Assembly (NCBI RefSeq): GCF_018389705.1
Contig: NZ_CP065581.1
Coordinates: forward strand, 900,001 to 932,000
Length of the DNA: 32,000 nucleotides
Origin: Mycoplasma mycoides subsp. capri
GTDB taxonomy: Bacteria; Bacillota_I; Bacilli_A; Mycoplasmatales; Mycoplasmataceae
Direction of reading: 5' to 3'
Both the position numbers and the translations under genes were made by a program. This document shows positions 11,092 through 20,898 of the stretch, one piece after another. The notes under the pieces were generated by a model, which did no database searches, was not told where the DNA came from, and saw nothing but the letters and a program-made list of their open reading frames with translations. How positions within the stretch are numbered: the stretch's first letter is position 1; the number at the start of each line of letters is the position of its first letter.

Positions 11092-11847
11092 AACAGGTTT
11101 AACTTTTTTTGGAAAGGTGTCTGGTTCAGTTTTATTTTTAATTCTTTTAATATTTTGTGAGTGTCTTCAAGCTAAAATCAAGCCACCAATTAAAATAATA
11201 ATATTTCCTTCTAAAATTCCACTTGCTCAAGTGTTTGATAATCAATAATGAAATGAATTTAGTAATGAAAATAAAATATAGTTTTTTCAAGCAAAACTAA
11301 ATTTTTCTAACCCATTTCACTCTCATATAAAATAACTAACTCCACTTAAATAAGGAATTCACATTATAAGTAAAATGATTAAAGCAGAAAACATTGAAGC
11401 AACACTAACTTTTCTTGAAATAGCAACACTTATAAATCAAATAATTAAAAAGATAATCAAATATAAAACATTAACTACAAATAAAAGTCCTAAAAAACAA
11501 CTAACTGCTTTACCACCTTTAAATTTGTAATAAATTGGATAACAATGACCAATTAAAGCAAAAATACAAGGAATAAAATAACTAGTCTGACTAAATAAAT
11601 CATTTGGGATCATTGATAATAAAATAGCTGAAATTGCAGTAAACACTACTTTTAAAGCATCTAAAAAAGCTACGACTAGTCCTCACTTTTTACCTAAAGC
11701 TCTCACTGTATTAGTTGCTCCTGGATTACCTGATCCAACTGTTCTAATATCAATATTTCCCACTTTTTTAACTATAATTATTGATCAAGATATTGAACCT
11801 AAAAAATAACCAATCACACTAGCTATAATTATTCCTAAATAATGCAT
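11086..11847 (-). CDS. plsY: Glycerol-3-phosphate acyltransferase PlsY (253 aa)
   Basis: ATG at 11847 with AAAGGA SD. It contains track ORF 11437-11646 in frame. Motifs SGNPGATN and KGGKA, plus the membrane topology, are typical of PlsY. TAA stop at 11086-11088. Confidence 0.9.
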
Positions 11848-11916
11848 AAAAAATCCTTTCAATTCTTTAATAAGATTATAAAATAAATAAAACTAAACAA
11901 CAATTGGAGTATAAAA

Positions 11917-12357
11917 ATGCAAAACAAATCTGGTTTAATTTTACTAAAAGAAGTATTTATTAATAACTATTCTAATAAAATTGATTTTTTAAAAACAATT
12001 TTTTCAGATAAACAAATCAATGAATTAGAATCAATTACTAATATAAAAGAATTATTAACTAATTTAAAAGAATTATTAAATAATCAAATTCTTATTCATC
12101 AAAACAAAATAAAAGAATATCAATTAGAATTAAAAAAAACTAATAAGAAAATTTTAAACAAATTATGATTATGATGATTGTTACCAATTATTGGGATGTT
12201 TATTTTTTTTATTATTTATAATACTAGATTACAAAATCCATACTATGCTAACCAATTAGTTGATATTAAAGTAAAGATCACTGATTTAGATATAAAAAAC
12301 ATCTATATAGACAAATTATTAGAAGAAATCAATTCATCTGTGAAATTGAAATTCTAA
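11917..12357 (+). CDS. Hypothetical small protein: coiled-coil N-terminus, one TM helix (WLWWLLPIIGMFIFFIIY), short C-terminal tail (146 aa)
   Basis: GGAG SD 8 nt upstream of the ATG at 11917. Track ORF 11917-12168 continues through three TGA codons to TAA 12355-12357. Confidence 0.6.
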
Positions 12358-12384
12358 TAATTGGTAAAATTATATGTTAGTTCC

Positions 12385-12402
12385 AAAAAAAAAAAAAAAA
12401 AA
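12385..12402. repeat. Homopolymeric A18 tract
   Basis: I counted it directly: 18 consecutive A between ttcc and gttg. It lies 28 nt after the upstream stop and 142 nt before the galU ATG. Confidence 0.95.
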
Positions 12403-12470
12403 GTTGTAATATTTTTCTTTAAAAAATTTATCTTTATATAATGTTATTTGAATTTAAAGGGGAATTTGGG

Positions 12471-12498
12471 TTGTACAGTTATTATTAATTTGTATTAT
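12471..12498 (+). promoter_or_regulatory. Candidate sigma-A promoter of galU (TTGTAC-N16-TATTAT, with TG just upstream of the -10)
   Basis: The hexamers and spacing were read directly. It sits about 45 nt upstream of the ATG at 12544, and AAGGAG SD is at 12533-12538. Confidence 0.4.
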
Positions 12499-12543
12499 AC
12501 ATCCTTAAGTTCACTAATATGTATAAATTTTTAAGGAGATATT

Positions 12544-13428
12544 ATGACCATTAGAAAAGCTGTTATTCCTTGTGCTGGTTTTGGAACTAGATTTTTACCT
12601 TTTACAAAATCACAAGCAAAAGAAATGTTACCCATTATTGATACCCCAACTATAGAATATATTGTAAAAGAAGCTGTTGATAGTGGTATTAAAGAAATAT
12701 TAATAGTTTTAAATGATAAAAAAAGCGAAATAATGAACTATTTTAGTAGAAATATTCAACTTGAAGGTTTTTTATATAATAAAGATAAAATCGCTGAACT
12801 TGAACAAATTAAAACTAAATATGACGCAGATATTCACTATATAATGCAAGATGAACCACTAGGTTTAGGACATGCTATTTCTTTATGTAAAGGTTTTATA
12901 AATAATGAGTCTTTTGCTGTGCTTTTAGGAGATGATTTATTTAAATGTCAAACTCCTGCTATTAAGCAATTAATGGACTTATATGAAGAAAAACATTCAA
13001 CTATTTTAGGAACAATTTTAATTGATAAAAAAGATTGTAAAAAGTATGGTATTTGTAAAACCGAATCAAGTGATGATAATGTTTATAAAGTTTGTTCTGT
13101 AGTTGAAAAACCAGATGAACAAAACGCTCCAAGTAATGTTGCAATTGCTGGAAGATATATTTTAACTCCTGAAATTTTTAATTATTTAGATTTGCAACTT
13201 AAAGGTGAAACTGGAGAAATTGAATTAACTGATTCAATTTTAAAAACCATTAGTGATGTTGATTGTTATGCAAAAGTTATTGATGGAAAAAGATATGATA
13301 TTGGAAATAAATTAGGTTATCTAGAAGCTTTTGTTGACTTTGGTTTACAAAGACAAGATCTAAGAGAAGAATTTTTGCACTTAATAAAATCTAGATCTGA
13401 AGACGAGCCATCTTCAAACAATGAATAA
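12544..13428 (+). CDS. galU: UTP--glucose-1-phosphate uridylyltransferase (294 aa)
   Basis: Intact track ORF. The N-terminal KAVIPCAGFGTRFLPFTK nucleotidyltransferase motif and the overall GalU pattern (VEKP, GRY) are present. Confidence 0.93.
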   Translation: MTIRKAVIPCAGFGTRFLPFTKSQAKEMLPIIDTPTIEYIVKEAVDSGIKEILIVLNDKKSEIMNYFSRNIQLEGFLYNKDKIAELEQIKTKYDADIHYIMQDEPLGLGHAISLCKGFINNESFAVLLGDDLFKCQTPAIKQLMDLYEEKHSTILGTILIDKKDCKKYGICKTESSDDNVYKVCSVVEKPDEQNAPSNVAIAGRYILTPEIFNYLDLQLKGETGEIELTDSILKTISDVDCYAKVIDGKRYDIGNKLGYLEAFVDFGLQRQDLREEFLHLIKSRSEDEPSSNNE

Positions 13429-13432
13429 ATTT

Positions 13433-13453
13433 AAACACTTATGTGTGTTTTTT
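13433..13453 (+). terminator. Weak intra-operon hairpin between galU and the glycosyltransferase
   Basis: aaacac (13433-13438) / gtgttt (13445-13450) followed by ttt. The stem is only 6 bp, so it would be a partial terminator or attenuator at best. Confidence 0.25.
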
Positions 13454-13522
13454 AATAATAAGTTAATAAATAAGTATTAATTTTTTTACATTATTTTTTT
13501 AAATTTAAGAATGGAGTATATT

Positions 13523-15094
13523 ATGAAAAAACAATCGTTACTGTATAAGTGGATACTAGTAATTTGATTTTTAGTTTCTCTAGCTATCACTGTACCACTG
13601 GTTTTTAAGCTAATTAAACTATTTTCAGTTCAAGGTAATCAAGCACTAGCAACTAAAATAGTTATTTCAATTTTACTAACAATTAACGCACTTATCTTTT
13701 GCTTATTTTGATTAAAATCAACAAAAGATATTGTATTTACTTTTTTCTTTATTCTTAAGAAAAAATCTTTATTGAAAAGATATGATTACATAATAAATTC
13801 AGAGTTAAAAGATGAATTCAAGAATAAAAAGGTAATTCTTTTATATTGTACTTGCGACGATTTCGATAAGGATGCTTTAAAAAAATCTATGAATCAAAAC
13901 TACAATAATTATGAAGTGGTAATATTAGATGATAGTAAAAAACCAGAATACATTAAAAGAGTAGATGAATTTAGTAAAAAATATAATATTAAGGTAGTTA
14001 GACGTAATGATCGCGTTGGTTATAAAGCTGGTAATTTAAATAATTATTTAAAGAACAATCCTGATTACGACTATTTTGTTGTTTTAGATAGTGATGAAAT
14101 TATTCCAAATAACTTTATAACAGATTCATTAAAATACTTTCAAACTAATAAAAAAATCGGTGCAATTCAAGCTTATCATTTAATAAGCAAAGGAAAGAAT
14201 TTATTCCAAGAAGCAGTTGGAAATTCAAGTAATATTGCCAGTTTATCTATTCATGTACTTAGAAATTTTTATGGTGAAACTTCTTTAGCAGGCCATGGGA
14301 TGATGCTAAGCAAAGAAGTATATGAAAAAACAGGAGGATTTCCACACCTTTTAGTTGAAGATACTTCAATGTCTGCTGAAATTAAAAAGAATAATTATGA
14401 AATTGTTTATGCTCCTAATATAGTTTGTTATGAAGAATTTCCTATAAACTATATTGCGTTAAAAAAACGTCAAGGAAGATGAACCGCTGGTAATGTTCAA
14501 TATATAAAAAAATATGCCAAACAAAATAGAAGAACAAAATACAAATGATTTGAAAGAGTTGACTTAAGAATAAATCATTACTCTCTTCCTATTGTTCCTG
14601 TGATTTCACTTGTTTTTCTATTAAATTTCATTATTTTAGGATTCCTAAAATTTAATATAACTACTAATGACATAGCATTTGTCATCATATGATGTGCATT
14701 TTTATTCTTGCCTCTCTTTGTTAATGTTTTAGAATTATCAAAACAAAGAAAATTAGGGTGGGCAACCCCTTCTTTTATAAGTACAATAATAACTTACACA
14801 TCAATGACAATATTTTTAGTAGCATCAAGTTTTTTTGCTCTATTTAATAAAAGATTAAAATTTGTAGTTACACCTAAAGAATCTAAAAAAATGAAATTTG
14901 CTTATGTAATGGCTCACTCTATTGTTCCTATAATTTTTGGTATTTCAGTTGCAGTTCTAACTTATTTTTCTTGACATACAATTTTACCAACTCTTATAGT
15001 CTCACTTCCTTGTGTTTTATCACCATTTCTAATAGCTAGCTCTAATATAAATTTAAAAGAAAAAACAGTAAAAAAATTAAAACAAAATGTATAA
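13523..15094 (+). CDS. Membrane-integrated family-2 glycosyltransferase of the processive synthase type (523 aa)
   Basis: ATG at 13523 with GGAG SD. Track ORFs 13772-14482 and 14708-14974 are in frame, and I translated all gaps and found only TGA. N-terminal TM helices are followed by a cytoplasmic GT2 core with VILDDS, VVLDSDE, LVEDTS and KRQGRW (a QxxRW-like motif), then four or more C-terminal TM helices. Confidence 0.85.
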
Positions 15095-15127
15095 GTATCG
15101 CATTTTTTAAAAAGCGATACTTTTTTA
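15094..15127 (+). terminator. Rho-independent terminator after the GT2 gene
   Basis: agtatcgc (15094-15101) / gcgatact (15114-15121) followed by T6. Confidence 0.7.
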
Positions 15128-15229
15128 TATCAAATTCTTATTCAATTTAATAACTTATATATACAAAATATTAGAAAAAAAATCTAATTATATTTGTTGA
15201 TTTAATATAATAAAATTGGTTTAAATATT

Positions 15230-17509
15230 ATGAAAATTACAGCTATTTTGTCAAGTCTATTTTTATCTCCAACTCTTTTAAATGGTTCATCTATATTAAC
15301 TGTTAATAATCAAACTAAAATAGAAACTAAAGAATTTAATTTAGATAATTTAACTATTAAAGGAAAATGGACTACTAAAAAAATTAAAGCTCTTTTACAT
15401 AACGATGTTTTTTACACATCAATTGATGAGTTTTTAAAAAGTATTGATTCAGTTATTAACTATTCAAATTTAAATATTAGCTTTAAAGATAATAAAACAA
15501 CTGTTAGATTAAAATCTGATCCAAATTTTTATATTGAATTTGATGCTAATAAAAAGAAAATTACAGTTTCAAATAATAAGATATTTACTAAAATTTTAAA
15601 AGATTATAAAAGAGGAGAAGAAGATTTAAAAATCAAATTCTTAGAAGAAAAAAATTTAAATAATGACAATCAATTTGAAATAGATTTATCTAAATATGAT
15701 ATTGATATTTTAAAAGATCAAAATAATCTATATTTACCAGCAATCTTACTTAATCAAGTATTTTTAAGTGAATCAAATATTCAAACCTATTTTAATGGTG
15801 GTGATTTTAAAATTTTTAAGTTTTATGAGGCATTAAGTTTTCCTGGAACTTTTTATCTAAAACAATCCGATAAAAATAATGAAAAAACTGTTCCTTTAGG
15901 ATTAAGAAAGTTTCAATATGAGTATTTATCATTTTTATTTGATAATTATTATGCAATTAAATTAAATAATAATATTTCTTATAAAGAGCATTTTAAAAAG
16001 TATCAATCTAAGATTTTATCTGAATCAAGTAATGAACATTATCTAGCAACAAAACAAATTATAAATGAATTAGACGATCCTCATTCAGCTTATGTTTTAG
16101 ATGGGTATTATGATAAAGACAGAGATTTTCATAAAAAGATATTTGATAATCAAAAAAGAGTTAAAAATAAAAATGAAGTTTTAGAATTATTAGCTAAAAA
16201 TGATCCTAATAAAATTGATTATGAACTTAAGTCAATTAGTAATGATACTTCAGTAATTTCATTTAGTAAGTTTGATGAAAAAAGTGCTGAATACATACAA
16301 AAATCTTTAAAAGAGGCCCAAAGTAAAAGTGTTAAGAACATTATTTTTAATCTAACTCAAAATGGTGGAGGATATATTGGGACTGCTTATGAAATTATGG
16401 GATTTTTAACTGATAAACCTTTTAATGTCTATTCTTATAATCCTTTATCAAAAGAAAAAAAGGTTGAAACTATTAAATCAGAATATGAAAAATTTAATTT
16501 TAATTATTATATTTTAACTTCACCATATTCTTTTTCAGCAGGTAATATTTTTCCTCAAATTGCAAAAGATAATAAGCTAGCTAAATTGATTGGTTATAAA
16601 ACTTTTGGTGGAGCTAGTGCAATTAATTATTACGTTTTACCAACTGGAGATATTATTCAATTAAGCAGTAATAATGTCTTTACTAATAAAAATTTTGAAT
16701 CGCTTGAATTTGGGGTTAGCCCAGATGTTGAGTTAAAAGAAGATGTTTTTAAAAATCCTAGTGCTATTTATCAAAAAGAAACTCTTTTAGATCTAATTAA
16801 AAAAGCTGATAATATCAAAGAAGTTAAAAAAGAGATTAAAACTGAAAAACTTACTAAAATCTTAGATATTTCAAAAAGATTAAAAGAAGACAAAACAAAA
16901 CTAAAAATTAAAAAATCTAAAGTAGTTCAACCTTCTAAACCTGAACAACCAAATAAAATATTAGATCAGAATAATTCTACAACTCAACCAAAATTAAGAA
17001 AAATCACTAATAATTTAGTTGATTTAACACCAATTTATAAACCTGAAAAACCTATTAGTACAAGACCATGAGCAATTATTCAACCTGCTAATAAAATCAA
17101 TATGTTAAGTACAACTAAACCAATAAATAAAACTGAAAGTGAAGAAGTTGAAAATAAATTATTAGAAAAGAAAGCTAATATAGAATTATTAAATATTAAA
17201 AACTTAGATTTAGGTAAGTTAGATAAAATTGATAAAGATCAAATTTTAAATGCTTTAAAAAATAAAAATCCAGATACTTTAATTGATACTAAAGATTTAA
17301 AAGTTGAAAATATTACAAATAATTCAGCACAAATTTTATTAAAAGATTCAGATCAAAAAATAACTGTACATTTTTTAATATCTCAATCTAATAAAACTAA
17401 TAAAAATACAATTTGAATTGTTCTACTAGTTATTGGTTTAACTACTTTATTAGGATTAATTAACTTTATAATAATTAGAAAATTAAAGACCAAAAAATTA
17501 AATAAATAA
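15230..17509 (+). CDS. Surface S41-family serine peptidase (C-terminal-processing-peptidase type) with N-terminal signal sequence and C-terminal TM anchor (759 aa)
   Basis: Track ORFs 15230-17071 and 17102-17416 are one frame through TGA, continuing to TAA 17507-17509. The S41 core is visible (IIFNLTQNGGGY..., SPYSFSAGN, GYKTFGG). A Lys/Pro-rich spacer follows, then WIVLLVIGLTTLLGLINFIII and RKLKTKK. Confidence 0.8.
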
Positions 17510-17556
17510 AAGATTATCAATTAAATTAATTAAATTATATTTATTAAAATGTATTA

Positions 17557-17562
17557 TATAAT
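17557..17562 (+). promoter_or_regulatory. Candidate -10 box (TATAAT) for the tRNA gene
   Basis: A perfect TATAAT lies 10 nt upstream of the mature tRNA 5' end. No clear -35 element is visible. Confidence 0.35.
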
Positions 17563-17572
17563 TTAGTTATAT

Positions 17573-17648
17573 GTCTGATTAGCGCAACTGGCAGAGCAAC
17601 TGACTCTTAATCAGTGGGTTGTGGGTTCGATTCCCACATCAGGCACCA
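17573..17648 (+). tRNA. tRNA-Lys (anticodon CUU), CCA encoded
   Basis: I folded the cloverleaf by hand. Acceptor GTCTGAT/ATCAGGC; anticodon stem ACTGA/TCAGT with loop CTCTTAA; T arm GTGGG-TTCGATT-CCCAC. Total 76 nt. There is one G-A mismatch in the D stem. Confidence 0.9.
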
Positions 17649-17661
17649 TTTTTGATAACAC

Positions 17662-17687
17662 AAAAAAAGACTTTTAAGTCTTTTTTA
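17662..17687 (+). terminator. Rho-independent terminator after tRNA-Lys
   Basis: aaaagact (17665-17672) / agtctttt (17677-17684), loop ttta, with a trailing T-run. Confidence 0.7.
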
Positions 17688-17722
17688 TTTTATGCTTTAA
17701 AATTATAAATAGGAGCTTAAAA

Positions 17723-18475
17723 ATGAATAATCAAATTATTGCTTTATTTTGTGATTTTAAGTATATAACTACTAAACTTTTAAATAAATTTAATAAAAAT
17801 CAATTAATTATTTTTGGATATAGTTTAAATAAAGATGATTTTGATTATATTTGTTCAGATTTTCAATTAGAAATATTTAAAAAACAAAATTATAAATTTA
17901 TTGATTTAAAAAATGAAAATATTGATCAATTAGTTAAAAAATATCAAATTTCTAAAATACATATTACAAAAAGTTTTAAAAATTATGATCACTTTTTAAA
18001 TTTTTTTCCTAATACTATAACAGAAGATGATTTATTAGATATTAATAATATAAAAAAAGCTTTAATTAATGCTGATATTAATAGTTTTTATAAAATAGCT
18101 GGGTTTAATTATACATTTAGTGGAATAGTAACTCACTGTAATCATTTAGGAAGAACTATTGGTTTTCCAACAGCAAATATTTTAACTAATGACAGTTTAG
18201 TAATTAAAAATGGTGTTTATTTAGTAAAAGTAATAATAGATGATAAAAATATACAATTTGGTATGGGAGATCATTGAATAAATAGAAATAATTTAAAAGT
18301 TTTTGAAACTTATATCTTTAATTTTAGTAATGATATTTACAATAGTAAAATTACTTTTGAATTACTAGATTATATAAGAGATAATCAAAAAATAAATAGT
18401 TTAGATCAGTTAAAAACATTATTAAATAATGATAAAAAAGAATGTTTAAAAAGATTGGAGAAATATAATGAATAA
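17723..18475 (+). CDS. ribF: Riboflavin kinase domain protein (RibF-like, short; 250 aa)
   Basis: AGGAG SD. Track ORF 17723-18277 continues through TGA to TAA 18473-18475. The C-terminal half carries the riboflavin-kinase motif GRTIGFPTANI. The N-terminal half shows no recognisable nucleotidyltransferase motif. Confidence 0.7.
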
Positions 18476-19337
18476 AGTTCTACTAGGTTGTCATGTTAGT
18501 ATGAATAAACAAAATAATTATTTAGTTGGAAGTGTTAATGAAGCTATTAGTTATAAAGCAAATACTTTTATGATCTTTACAGGTCCTCCACAAAGTACAC
18601 TAAGAACTAATACTAATCATTTATATATTAATCAAATGCATGAATTAATGAATAGTTATAAAATTGATGCAAAAGATCTAGTAGTGCATGCTCCTTATAT
18701 TATTAATATTGCAAATAGTGTTGATCAAAACAAGTGAAAATTTGCTGTAGATTTTTTAATTCAAGAAATTAAAAGATGTGAAGAAATTAAAATCCCAACT
18801 TTAGTATTACACCCTGGTTCTTATACTACTGGAAATTATAAAGATTCATTAAATCAAATTATTAAAGCTTTAGATATAGTAAGTAATTATCAAGTTAATG
18901 TAAAAATTGCTTTAGAAACTATGAGCGGTAAAGGTACTGAGGTTTGTTCTAAATTAGAAGATTTTAAATACATTTTAGATAATGTTAAAAATAAAGATAA
19001 GGTTGGAGTTTGTTTAGATACTTGTCATTTACATGATGCTGGTTATGATTTAAGTAAATGAGATGAATTTAAAGAACAAATGAAACAAAATTTTGATTTA
19101 AATAAAGTTTTATGCATTCATTTAAATGATTCAAAAAATATGATTAGTTCGCATAAAGATCGTCATGCAAACATTGGTTATGGTTATGTTGGTTTTGATA
19201 CATTAGTTAATGTAGTCTTTGATAAAGATTTTTCTAATATTTCAAAAATATTAGAAACACCTTATATAGATAAAAACGCTCCTTATAAAATAGAAATTGA
19301 AGATTTATTAAATAAGACATTTACAAATAGGTTATAG
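18468..19337 (+). CDS. nfo: Endonuclease IV (AP endonuclease, 289 aa)
   Basis: Track ORFs 18468-18737 and 19080-19337 are in one frame, and the gap is open apart from TGA. Motifs HAPY, LHPG, LETM, CLDTCH and HLNDSK are typical of Nfo. The start overlaps the ribF end by 8 nt. Confidence 0.9.
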
Positions 19338-19362
19338 TTCTAATTTAATAGAAAGGAATTAT

Positions 19363-20487
19363 ATGAAGAAATTATTATCAATAATAACAGGTTTTTCATT
19401 ACTAATAACACCTAGCTTATTTGCTATAAGCTGTTCATCAAAAGTTCAAGTTATAAATAAATTTGATGATATAACATCAATTAAAAATACTGGAGCATTT
19501 AAAAATAATCAAGCATTTATAAGTAGAAATGAATTAAAAGAAATAGTAAGTAGTAATAATACAACTAGCTCAAGTACAGCAAGTTCAACAGCTGTAATGA
19601 CTTCTACTAGTACTACATCAACAGGAACACAAACAAACAATAATAATGATGCAAAATATGCTTCTGAAAGACTAAAAGCATTAGCTGCTAATAACTTTAC
19701 TAAAAATAAAAAACAAGCTTGAGATAGTTTACAAAGTGCTTCAATGACTTTTTATAAAAAAGTTCAACCTACTGCAGTAAATGTTTTAGGTTATGAACAA
19801 ATAACAAAAGATAATGTTGAAAAATTAGATAAAGAATTAAAAACAGTCTTTTTAGTATTTAAAGATAATAATAAAGAAACTGAGAAATTAGAAGTTGAAT
19901 TACTACCTGAAATTAATACTAATAATGGGAATAAAGTTATTGATAATGGTAATCTTTATTTAGATCTTTTAGAAAAACCTGAAAACCTAAAATTAGCAAA
20001 TCAAAAAAGTATTATTGAAGTTTTAAGACCTGAAATCACAAAAATAAAAGTTGTTTTACAAAATACTAAAAACAACAATTCTACTAATAAAGAAGATATA
20101 AAAAATACTGAAGTATTTAATGTTTTAATTAAGCAATTATCTATTTATTTAGCTAATGCAGTAAAATACTTTAATTCTGAATCTGGAATTATTACAACAA
20201 GTCCTACTTTTTCATATAAAACTAGAAGTAATCAAATTTATGATTACATAGTTAAAAACAAAAAAGATGAACTATACAAAAAATTAGAAACTGCATTTAC
20301 AAGTGAATTTAATAAAATTAATTTCATTGATATTTTTAAAGATTTCCAATTTGATGAAAATAATTCAACTGATAATAAAAAAATAACTACAAAAATAATA
20401 AAATCTTCAACTAATTCTTCTACTTCTTCATCAAATAGTTCAACAACAACAACTACAACTGAACCAAGTTCAACTAATACTAGATAA
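19363..20487 (+). CDS. Lipoprotein with Ser/Thr-rich tracts (374 aa)
   Basis: Signal peptide plus lipobox (LFAISC). Track ORFs 19363-19722 and 19744-20487 are in frame, joined via TGA at 19720. Confidence 0.8.
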
Positions 20488-20498
20488 AAGGAGAAAAT

Positions 20499-20897
20499 AT
20501 GGAAACTAAAATAAGTTTTTCTAAAAAAAGAAAACTACTGATCCAAACCTTTTATAAATATCAATTATTAAATGCTAGTATAGATTACATTCATCAAGAT
20601 ATTTTAGATGATGTTCAAAATATTAATAATAAAGATGTTCTTTTTGAAATTGAACAAATTGCTAAAAAACAAACTGATCTTATTAATCATATAAATATAA
20701 ATGTTTCTTCAAGCTGAAAATGAGATAGAATTCCTGCTGTTATTAGAGCTATTTTAATAGTTGGAACATATGAAATTTTATATACAAATACTCCAAAACC
20801 AGTTACTATTAATGAAATGGTTAAATATGTAAAAGAAATTGAACCTGACTTTGATTACAAATTTGTTAATGCAGTACTAGATAAATTGGTTAAATAA
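20499..20897 (+). CDS. nusB: Transcription antitermination factor NusB (132 aa)
   Basis: AGGAG SD. Track ORF 20499-20717 extends through two TGA codons to TAA 20895. NusB-like motifs are present (R..A.Q.LY-type N-terminus, RIPAVIRAILIVGTYEIL). The nusB-xseA-xseB-tlyA order is as in Firmicutes. Confidence 0.8.
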
Positions 20898-20898
20898 T

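Noticed and set aside
12385-12402. The A18 tract read as the T-run of a minus-strand intrinsic terminator
   Set aside because: No stem-loop precedes it on the minus strand, and no minus-strand gene ends nearby.
17102-17416. Separate 104-aa gene downstream of the S41 peptidase
   Set aside because: It is in the same frame as 15230-17071 and separated from it only by a TGA and ten sense codons. I merged it into the peptidase gene.
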